A DNA stretch of 64,000 nucleotides from positions 160,001 through 224,000 of the forward strand of contig CBDBLX010000002.1 in the NCBI GenBank assembly GCA_965207445.1, given 5' to 3'. Position numbers and translations under genes: made by a program. Origin of the DNA: Nitrosopumilus sp. (lineage in GTDB: Archaea; Thermoproteota; Nitrososphaeria; Nitrososphaerales; Nitrosopumilaceae). The notes beneath the pieces are model-generated. The model was not told the DNA's origin. It made no database searches and was given only the letters and a program-made list of their open reading frames with translations. Within the stretch, counting starts at the first letter, position 1; each line of letters opens with the position of its first letter. Of this stretch, positions 32,951 to 41,227 are shown piece by piece.

Positions 32951-33200
32951 CTCAAGTGTAATAATAATAATAATGATGATGATGTCATGTTTGTAAATGC
33001 CATTATTATTATTACTATATATGTATACAAGACAAAGATTGTATTGTTTGTGTGGTTATGGGTTTCATTGATTTTAGAGTTTCAAAGATGACTAGTGTGA
33101 TTATTTTTAGTATGATTGATTTATTGGTGGTTAGAAATTAAAGGTTGTATTTTATATCTGCATTAGATAACAAACTACAAAATTTTACGCTCAGATTTTG

Positions 33201-33352
33201 GTGTGAACCAAGCTCTTTGGATACAATAACGAAATCACATACTTGTGTTTAGTGGTCACATTCCTGTCTGCATGTCGAGTATTGTGCATGCGATGCATTT
33301 GGCTAGGAGTTATTTTCAAATGATTATATCAATTATGGAGCCTGGTTCACAC
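33201..33352 (+). mobile_element. MITE-C copy 3
   Basis: GTGTGAACCAAG...CCTGGTTCACAC; 8-bp flanks AGATTTTG/AAATTTTG. Confidence 0.9.
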
Positions 33353-33591
33353 AAATTTTGGCAAGATCAGACATGGCAAGGATCAGAATTTTGTTATAAT
33401 TTGTGACCTCTAAAATTATACCCAATTAGTGTATGGTGTGATGGCCAGACTTTGTTAGACAAGTTGTGTGGTTTATTGTTTCGCATGCATGCCTCCTAAT
33501 ACCATTTGGGTGTTGGTCATATCATGTGATACTAGAAGCATGATTGATAATCCCACATATCACATAAATAGTGAATTAGTAGAGTCAAAAT

Positions 33592-34113
33592 ATGGGATAT
33601 TTAGGGAACCATCTAGCTACAGTAGTGACAGGAGTCTTTGCTGCTATTTTGACTGTATTGTGGCCAATATTTGTTGACTTTTCACCAGTCATTGAGTTTG
33701 TCTTTATTATGGCTGTTCCTATAATGTGGTTTTTGGTGTTTACGTGCTGGATAGCTCAAAAGAGCGCCGATTACATGCACTCAAAACAACATTCCCACCC
33801 CGCCGCACAACACAACTCACAAGAACACATCACAACAACTACATCTAGTACTGTATACATGCAAGATGAAAAAAAAAGCTTGAATAGTGATACTACTACC
33901 TCTAAAGCCCAAAATGACACATCTGATATACAACGTGTCCAAAACGAACTTTTGGCAGATGTTGATGAACTCAAAGAGTCACTCAAACTCAAAGATAGTG
34001 AGATTGATAGATTGAATCGCCAAATTATAAACCTGCAGACCAGAGTCCAGATAGAGACTATCAAAGCTGAGCTGGCAAACCTAAAGATGCTCGCATCAAA
34101 ACAGAAAAAATGA
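33592..34113 (+). CDS. Membrane protein with C-terminal coiled coil
   Basis: Two TM helices plus heptad tail. Confidence 0.7.
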   Translation: MGYLGNHLATVVTGVFAAILTVLWPIFVDFSPVIEFVFIMAVPIMWFLVFTCWIAQKSADYMHSKQHSHPAAQHNSQEHITTTTSSTVYMQDEKKSLNSDTTTSKAQNDTSDIQRVQNELLADVDELKESLKLKDSEIDRLNRQIINLQTRVQIETIKAELANLKMLASKQKK

Positions 34114-34265
34114 TTACATGTTACAGTGACTGCAGTGTTTTTGCTCAATGTGGTTTTTTTTGCAAGAAGGACAACTAACTGCTCCCCCGTAGTGACATTT
34201 ACATGGACATAACTCAGTTGGGTCTATTTGCTCTTTTGTAGTATGTGTTAATTGGGATTGCAATA

Positions 34266-34820
34266 CTACTGTCCACCATCATCATTACTTGATGCTAGTT
34301 TTGTTGCCATATTTAGTGTATTATCAACCATCTCTCTGAGTCTTTCTTGTGCGTCACTAGTATTCATACCATCTATTATATCATCTGTCGTCATAAATAC
34401 TGGTTTTGGGTTTGCTACGACCCTAAAGTATGACAATAGTTGTGTAAGCAAAGTCTGAACATCAGTAAAACCGATGTGGCCTGCTGCTAATATGGCCATT
34501 CCAGCCGTCTTACCAGCCGTCTTTTTATAGTCTACAAATTCAAATAGGTTTTTGAGAGCTCCACTAAAAAAAGAGTTGTAAATCGGAGTACCAATTAACC
34601 AAACATCGGCCTGTACTAGTTCCTTTGCAGCTGACGTTGTATCTTCGTTGTACTGTTTGTCAAAGCCGTGGAAACACTCCATCTTTCTCTCCGATAGGTT
34701 TAGAAATGTGGTGTCTACATTATTATTATTATTATTTTTTGTATATTCATAAACATATTTCATCATTATCTCCGTATTGGCATTCTTTCTAGGACTGCCA
34801 GATATTACCACAACTTTCAT
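34266..34820 (-). CDS. NADPH-dependent FMN reductase
   Basis: ISGSPRKNANT, GTPIYN...ALKNLFE. Confidence 0.9.
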   Translation of the reverse strand: MKVVVISGSPRKNANTEIMMKYVYEYTKNNNNNNVDTTFLNLSERKMECFHGFDKQYNEDTTSAAKELVQADVWLIGTPIYNSFFSGALKNLFEFVDYKKTAGKTAGMAILAAGHIGFTDVQTLLTQLLSYFRVVANPKPVFMTTDDIIDGMNTSDAQERLREMVDNTLNMATKLASSNDDGGQ

Positions 34821-34964
34821 GAATCATATCTTTTCTAGTCTCATTTAAATGATGTATGATGATCAAAGTAACCGTTCAACCCCCCGTCCATCATCACTCC
34901 GTGTAGAGAGGGACAAAATTGCAAAGATGGTAAAAGTGAGGTGAAGTGGTGTAGAGGGGGGGGG

Positions 34965-35165
34965 GGGTAAATGGGGATTTTTCAACAACTCTACGACGCA
35001 AGATATGAATCGATTCCAGAATAACTAAATGAGAAACAACCGCAATCTTTCGTTTGTGTTCGATGTCATTAATTAGGGACTTATAATTAGGATAATAATC
35101 GTCTCTATGCCCTAACATATATGAGATCCAAACATTGGTATCATAATAGACTAGATCATTATTCG
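34965..35165 (-). pseudogene. Truncated PIN/VapC toxin
   Basis: NDLVYYDTNVWISYMLG...VVSHLVILES; C-terminal half lost near the poly-G tract; no canonical start codon seen. Confidence 0.7.
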
Positions 35166-35431
35166 TTATCCCTGACAGATCTTACCAGCTCACTTGAGTT
35201 TTGTCTTTCATCAATATAATCACTAAGTAGACCGTCAAGAGACAATGTGTCTATTGCATCATCGGATTTAATATTGAAAATAGATTCAATCTTTTTCCTG
35301 CTTAGATCATTTTGTGCCAAAAGATTGTCAAGGTGTTCTTTTCTAATATGTTCTTGTAGAAACTTTACTTGTGTCTTGAGCGCTGAAACCTCCCTTGTCA
35401 ACTCTTCTATCATATCATAAATCCATGACAT
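35159..35431 (-). CDS. Putative antitoxin-like protein
   Basis: Small ORF overlapping the PIN start; ends SSELVRSVRD like archaeal VapB tails. Confidence 0.55.
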   Translation of the reverse strand: MSWIYDMIEELTREVSALKTQVKFLQEHIRKEHLDNLLAQNDLSRKKIESIFNIKSDDAIDTLSLDGLLSDYIDERQNSSELVRSVRDNE

Positions 35432-35455
35432 CTCGGAACTTTGATAATTTGTACG

Positions 35456-35671
35456 TTATATGTTTTCGTAATGCTGTTGACTAGGATATTCGGACATACT
35501 ACGCATTGGATTAGAAGATATTTCAGATCTCACAGAAATGAAAGATGATTTTGGATATTCTGTGTCGTTGGCCAAGTCAATATGTTGGAATGTGTACAAA
35601 TCGCGACGTGACATTAAAATAGATGAGTGCGGCATATAATACTCCCCGTCTGATTCTTTCGGTATTTCCAT
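35456..35671 (-). CDS. Hypothetical protein
   Basis: Tightly packed ORF in the cargo operon. Confidence 0.4.
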   Translation of the reverse strand: MEIPKESDGEYYMPHSSILMSRRDLYTFQHIDLANDTEYPKSSFISVRSEISSNPMRSMSEYPSQQHYENI

Positions 35672-35672
35672 A

Positions 35673-36152
35673 CTATATCACAACATTATCGGTTCGACGT
35701 TTTATATTTTCATTGCGTTTGAACAAAGATGTACATTTGGATTGAAAAGAAGTAGCAATAAAGCGCATATTTTCTAAAATTTCATACAAGCTTACTACAT
35801 CACTGCTTTTATAGGCTGATGATAATTTGAGTATATCCTCATGGATTTGATTTTTTAATTTATTCTTGTCTGATTCTGGTATAATATATCTTGTAAAAAG
35901 TGGCCCTACTTGTGAGAATATACCTTCTAGGACTTCTGCTACAAAAACACCCCGTTTAAAATTTGCAAGTGTAGATATATGAGTCAAATCTTTAGACATG
36001 TTAAAGCAGTTCTTAAACGCTTCATTTTCAACGAGATGTGTCATGGTTTCTAAATGTTCATCAAAAACTCCATACATATATTTTATATACTTATCTAATA
36101 ATCTATTTTGTAATCTACTAATAAAGATTCGTGCAGAGGTAACTGTAACCAT
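35673..36152 (-). CDS. Hypothetical helical protein (true start likely downstream of the ORF-track start)
   Basis: ORF track; first gene of the cargo operon. Confidence 0.55.
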   Translation of the reverse strand: MVTVTSARIFISRLQNRLLDKYIKYMYGVFDEHLETMTHLVENEAFKNCFNMSKDLTHISTLANFKRGVFVAEVLEGIFSQVGPLFTRYIIPESDKNKLKNQIHEDILKLSSAYKSSDVVSLYEILENMRFIATSFQSKCTSLFKRNENIKRRTDNVVI

Positions 36153-36225
36153 TCAACACTCGTACCTGCACCAGAAGTTAGACTATGAATCTATGCTTAA
36201 ATTTGGAAAGGGATTGAACGGTTAC
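36145..36225 (+). mobile_element. MITE-B copy
   Basis: GTAACCATTCAAC...GATTGAACGGTTAC; internal similarity to the other copies. Confidence 0.85.
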
Positions 36226-36235
36226 TGAACAAAAG

Positions 36236-36327
36236 CGGGCTTGGAGGGCTTCGATCCCTCGACCTGTAACTTAGGAGGCTACCACGCTATCCATACTGCA
36301 CGCTATAAAGCTCTGCGCCACAAGCCC
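36236..36327 (-). tRNA. tRNA-Arg(CCT) with ~17-nt intron in the D-loop
   Basis: GGGCTTG/CAAGCCC acceptor stem; GTAGC-CTCCTAA-GTTAC anticodon arm; 92 nt in total, extra AGCTTTATAGCGTGCAG after about position 15. Confidence 0.88.
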
Positions 36328-36377
36328 AGTTTGAGAAACGTATGTAATTATTTAAGCCTACTTGGATGTATGTGATT

Positions 36378-37097
36378 CTAATTCTGATCCTGTTTTGTAC
36401 TATTAATTATACCCTCTACTCCATTCCAACTTGAATCTACACTAGTCTCACTCCATTGCTCAAAATATGTCACGTCTTTGAGATCAAGTCTCGGAAGCCA
36501 GCCAGCCTCTTCTAGGTCTGGCTTGCGTGCAAAATCTTTGACATGTCCTAGACACAGATAAGCAACAGGTGTCACATGTTTTGGTATGTGTAGTATGTTC
36601 TTGAGTGCATCATTGGAAAGTATACTGACCCATCCTACACCTATTCCTTCTGTGCGCGCCGCTAGCCACAAGTTTTGTATGGCGCAACATACACTGTGCA
36701 TCCCTGCTTCTGGAATGCTTGTTCTACCTATGACAAAGGGGCCAAATTTAGTTGGGTCATATGTGACACATAGATTTAGTGCAGATTCTATAATTCCTTC
36801 AAGTTTGAGTGATAGATACTTTTTTTTCTGATTTGGATCTTTGATCAAAGCAGACGATCTTATACGCTCTGCCTCAAATGATTCTTTGATCTTGTGACGC
36901 GTATTGGCACTTTTGACTAGTATGAAATTCCAAGGTTGCGAGAATCCAACTGATGGTGCATGGTGTGCTGCATGGAGAATCTTTACTAGTATTTGGTCAT
37001 CTATTTTTCTTTGTACAAAATGTGATCGTACATCTCTTCTGGTGTATATGGCCTTGTACAGTCCTTGTCGTTCTTCTTTACTAAAATCATTTGACAT
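36378..37097 (-). CDS. bluB: 5,6-dimethylbenzimidazole synthase
   Basis: RRDVR, APSVGFSQPW, LKLEGI, QNLWLAARTEGIGVGWVS. Confidence 0.93.
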   Translation of the reverse strand: MSNDFSKEERQGLYKAIYTRRDVRSHFVQRKIDDQILVKILHAAHHAPSVGFSQPWNFILVKSANTRHKIKESFEAERIRSSALIKDPNQKKKYLSLKLEGIIESALNLCVTYDPTKFGPFVIGRTSIPEAGMHSVCCAIQNLWLAARTEGIGVGWVSILSNDALKNILHIPKHVTPVAYLCLGHVKDFARKPDLEEAGWLPRLDLKDVTYFEQWSETSVDSSWNGVEGIINSTKQDQN

Positions 37098-37172
37098 TTG
37101 CTTGACCTTTTTTTATCTGTTTATACACCCCTGTTAAACCTTAATAGTCTGCATCATATCTGTTGGTTCAGT

Positions 37173-37246
37173 GGGCCGGTAGTCTAGCTGGTTAGGATAC
37201 CGCCTCGACACGGCGGTGATCGTGAGTTCGAATCTCATTCGGCCCA
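37173..37246 (+). tRNA. tRNA-Val(GAC)
   Basis: GGGCCGG/TCGGCCC acceptor stem; CCGCC-TCGACAC-GGCGG anticodon arm; TTCGAAT T-loop. Confidence 0.93.
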
Positions 37247-37915
37247 TTTCCATTTTTTATGGGCCTATTTTGAGCTCGTGTTTTACTCTTTAACTTTGTG
37301 TCTGTCAATATATGGATTGAAAAAGATTCGCATATAACTATGTTGGTTGAGTTCAAGCTTATTTTAAGCTCGTAGCTTGTAAAGCATAGATTGGTTCTGG
37401 CTCGATCTTTAGATATCGCAGAAAGTCTGCCGAATTGGATATGTTGTATCTGTTGTACATGGCATTTGATGCTTACGCCACTATTGATGATTTACTTCTG
37501 TAGATGTATCTATGCCTCAGACAGACACATCAGTAGTTCGTAATGTGCAAATTTTTAATGATCTTACTTCTAATTATGCAGTGCGGCAAATTTACAATGG
37601 CAAGGAACCACCGTGCTCTAATTCCCACCGCAGCAGTCTTCTGATTGATCCGGCAATTGAATCTACAAACGCATCCATTGTGAATAATTTTCCACCTGCA
37701 AGTCCGCCGTAATTTTCGTACCTTCCCATTGCCCACAAACCATACAACAACATTCCAAAAAATATCAACAGTAATGAATCCGCAAGGCGTTGCTAGGTCT
37801 CTGGAGTCATGTTTTTTATCACTATATATCATCTCTCTATTATTTAGCGCTTGCGATAAGTGGTTCTCCTGCAAACGCGGTTGGTGGCAATTAATACAGA
37901 TTTGAACCGTTGCGG

Positions 37916-38089
37916 TCAATCCGGACACGTAACTAGTATTTTGTCGCCACGTATGATAAACTTCAAACCCTCTGGGTTACCAAGTTTGGCAAGGACCGGC
38001 TTTGGAATGTACGAGTAACTAGTACCTCTTTTCACGTTGTGGGTTATGGATACTTGGAATTCAGTGGCATTGGCAGCCCATTTAGTCAT
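37916..38089 (-). CDS. IS-borne AbrB/MazE-like small protein (57 aa), divergent from the transposase
   Basis: MTKWAANATEFQVSITHNVKRGTSYSYIPKPVLAKLGNPEGLKFIIRGDKILVTCPD; absent from the ORF track. Confidence 0.7.
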   Translation of the reverse strand: MTKWAANATEFQVSITHNVKRGTSYSYIPKPVLAKLGNPEGLKFIIRGDKILVTCPD

Positions 38090-38176
38090 GTTTGTTGTTC
38101 TCAGTACAACGTTATAACGTCACTGACATCGGATTGCGCACGAATGCTTATATATCCAATTGGTGATATATGTATA

Positions 38177-39451
38177 ATGAAACAAAAAACAGTTCAGGAG
38201 GAAAAAGTGGTAGACGAAACTAAATCAAGATCAAAAACATTGGAAAATGACAACCCAAAGCCTGGCAAGCAGAGGCGCTCCAAGGCTCAGATTGATGCAA
38301 TTAGGAAAGCAGGCATTCAGATTGCATGCATTGCAGGTGCCATAACTACACTAAGCTCGATTAAATGGACAGTCGCATCGCAAACTGTGCAAGGTCTATT
38401 GTATGTGGTGTCGCTTAGTTCACTTGGAATGAGATGTCAGTGTGAGGCCAATCAAAATGGAAAAAAGATATGCAAACATGTGGTGGGGGTATACAAGCTC
38501 TTAGACAAAGAGTGGTGGTGTGGGCGTAGAAAAAGGATACAGATTAGGCGCAAAAAATTGAGATGTCAGTATCCAAAATGCAGATCCAAAGATGTGGTAG
38601 GATGGGGAGAGCGCAAGTGTAAGAGAAAAAGATCTGTGAGGCGATACATGTGCAAAAAATGTGGCCGTACATTTTCTGGAATGGAAGGGTTCAAGGGACG
38701 GCATTTTGATGCATCCATAATAGCAAAAGCGTTGTCCATGATGGCAACTAAAATGTCTCCAGAAGAAGTATGTGTGCAGCTTGCAATGGATGAGATCATC
38801 ATAAACCCATCTACAATACATAGGTGGACTGATGAGTATTCGCGAATCATGCTACGGTTCTCAAGTTTGTTGTGTCTTGATGCATGGTTTCAGTGGCATG
38901 TAGACGAACTAGAATTTAAAATACGTAAACAGACCAGATATTTGTTTGGTGTGATTGATGGCGCAAGTCGATTTGTTTTATCCCACGAGATCCTCAAGAA
39001 GAAAAAGGGATCTGATCCCACTAACCTGTTTCAAATGGCTGCTGCCCGTACGCGTAGGCTACCACGCATACTTGTAAGTGATGGACTGCAGGAGTTCATA
39101 AAGCCTGCCAGAAAAGTATTCTTTAAACGGGCTGGATCGGTGTTTGTACACATACGTGAGATACACATACAGAATCTTTTTAATCAAAATAACGTCTACG
39201 AACGACTCAACGGAGAATTTGAGGATAGACTCAAGTGTGTACGTGGACTAAAATCAGAGGACCCCGGACTCATACGTCTGATCATAGTATATCATAACTT
39301 TTTTAGAAAACACACAAGCCTCAAAAACAACATGACGCCTGCCAAGGCAATTGGAATTGACATTATACCAGTAAAAGACTCTGATCTTGCAGATAGTTGT
39401 GATGCTTGGATAACGTTCATCCAAAACGCATCCATACGTGCCTCTGCCTGA
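38177..39451 (+). CDS. IS6-family DDE transposase with N-terminal SWIM and Zn-ribbon domains
   Basis: CQC...CKH, CQYPKC...CKKC, WHVDE, VSDG, NNVYERLN. Confidence 0.9.
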   Translation: MKQKTVQEEKVVDETKSRSKTLENDNPKPGKQRRSKAQIDAIRKAGIQIACIAGAITTLSSIKWTVASQTVQGLLYVVSLSSLGMRCQCEANQNGKKICKHVVGVYKLLDKEWWCGRRKRIQIRRKKLRCQYPKCRSKDVVGWGERKCKRKRSVRRYMCKKCGRTFSGMEGFKGRHFDASIIAKALSMMATKMSPEEVCVQLAMDEIIINPSTIHRWTDEYSRIMLRFSSLLCLDAWFQWHVDELEFKIRKQTRYLFGVIDGASRFVLSHEILKKKKGSDPTNLFQMAAARTRRLPRILVSDGLQEFIKPARKVFFKRAGSVFVHIREIHIQNLFNQNNVYERLNGEFEDRLKCVRGLKSEDPGLIRLIIVYHNFFRKHTSLKNNMTPAKAIGIDIIPVKDSDLADSCDAWITFIQNASIRASA

Positions 39452-40921
39452 ATTGCCAGACTCTGTACATTACACATCATATACACAAACACTCTACATC
39501 TGTTTGTGTTTTGATGCCAAATCAAACTATCATTTTTGGTGTACAATCTAATTTCTTCAAGATGAACCACCCTCGTTTGTTTTTTTGATACTGACTCTAA
39601 CTATCTCTATTCCAAATTATCGGCATAGTCATACAAAAAAGTACTAAAAACTTACACTTTTTTAACCTCAAATACCAAATTCAGATAAAAAGTTCATATA
39701 AACACCGATCAACCGCGTTTGCAAGAGAACCCGATAAGTCTCTGGGATGGTTTTGATGAGTTTGCTTTTGCTAGTGATTTTCATATTTGTGGCAAATGCT
39801 ACATACTGATCGACTATTTCATCAGTTTTTTTGGCATTATTTTTTCTGACGACAAGTAATGTAAACTTGCTGCTTTTTGTTTTTATCACACATCTCAATG
39901 ACTGATACAGTTTTTCTCTTTTGTTGTGAACTTTTAAAATGTATTTTTGTATGCGCTTATTTTTGGTTGCCGGCATTATGAAAGACAGGTGCAGGCGCAA
40001 AAGTTCATCTATGCATGCAACGTTGTTAAAACCTCGATCAAAGAGGCCAAGTTCCGGACGTGCATCCTCTTGAATTAATTTTTCAATGATTTTACGCATG
40101 ATTATGACCATTTTATAATTACTGGTCACACGATGTGCAAACAATTACCTGCTTGATTTACCATTTGTGCTGTCATAAATGAATGAAATCGCGCAGTGCC
40201 ATTTTTGGGCTTTGTTTTTAGCATCTCAGGTTTAAGTCCCTTGTCATAATATTCCCATCTGGTCATATCAATTGCAATAGTGCTTGCCTTTTTTGAGCAT
40301 GTTGTGTTTTCTGGCATTACTGAGCATTGTTTTGACGTTCTCGTCACCCCATTGTTTTACTTGCTCTAGATCTGCGCTCTTTAGGCATTTGAGCACAGTA
40401 TTTTCAGATGGTATGTTTATGCGTTCGCTTTTTCTAAAATAGTTAGCTTCATTGCGTTTTTTTTGTGTGTTGCTGCATTTACGCACATGTTGTTGAGTGC
40501 CATGGCGGCAAGTGTACCAAGATAATCATCCGCACCATATTTGCTGTTATATCTAGTTGATATGTTTAGTCCGAGATCGTTGAATCGTTTTCGTAAAACT
40601 TTATAATTTACTTGTCCTAATTCATATTGATGCTCTAGTACCTCATTTTTCATATATGTTCAGAGGTACTAGAATATTCCCATATATTACACTTTCTAGT
40701 TGATCTGATCAAGTATGATCATCAACGTTTAACGACATTGTAGATTATTTAAATAAGATTATATAAAACACATTGCGAATTACTGATGTGGTTGTTAAAA
40801 CAATTATCGCATAGTCCTATCCGCTGTAGTATCCAAACCAGACATTCAATCTACCAATCTGTCTAATCTTTACGGGTATGACACGTGTCTGTTTGATTAT
40901 CTTAATCCTTGTCAGTGTGTG

Positions 40922-41227
40922 CTATATGTATCTGTTGCCTGCCTTGTTTAAAGCGAGTATGATTAGAATTGGTGTAAACAGTATAAGAAATGGGAAATGT
41001 TGAAAAATAGCCCTAAAAAAATATTCAGGGCCCCACCCACAATAAGTTGGAAGCAAGGATGGATTAGGATTATAATTATACGACGGGTCTTGATTTTTTT
41101 CAGCCTCTGGATTCGTAGTTCTGCAGAACGGCCCACCAAATACAATCAACGGACTCGAATAATTTAACACAATCAATCCAGACAATACAAGTACAATTAT
41201 TTTACTTCGTTTTCTCATAAGCGTCAC
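40922..41227 (-). CDS. Small two-TM protein with a Cys pair, overlapping the protease stop
   Basis: 4-nt overlap with the upstream gene. Confidence 0.65.
   Translation of the reverse strand: MTLMRKRSKIIVLVLSGLIVLNYSSPLIVFGGPFCRTTNPEAEKNQDPSYNYNPNPSLLPTYCGWGPEYFFRAIFQHFPFLILFTPILIILALNKAGNRYI

Larger units (their letters stand above)
34868..36225. mobile_element. Composite unit bounded by MITE-B ends, carrying 3-4 cargo ORFs
   Basis: Lone left end GTAACCGTTCAACCCCCGT at 34868; full MITE-B at 36145-36225; 8-bp flanks TGATCAAA/TGAACAAA. Confidence 0.65.
37862..39731 (+). mobile_element. IS6-family element, 1870 bp
   Basis: TIR GGTTCTC(C/T)TGCAAACGCGGTTG; 8-bp TSD CGATAAGT at 37854-37861 and 39732-39739. 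Confidence 0.92.
37531..40786 (-). mobile_element. ISH3/IS4-like element, degraded and interrupted by IS6
   Basis: TIR CAGTAGTTCGTAATGTG / CACATTGCGAATTACTG; frameshifted transposase fragments at 40653-39732 (IAIDMT, FDRGF, TYR) and 37853-37585. Confidence 0.8.

Noticed and set aside
40791..40920. Possible serine-recombinase remnant (RLDRL on the minus strand)
   Set aside because: Five-residue motif amid stops; insufficient support.
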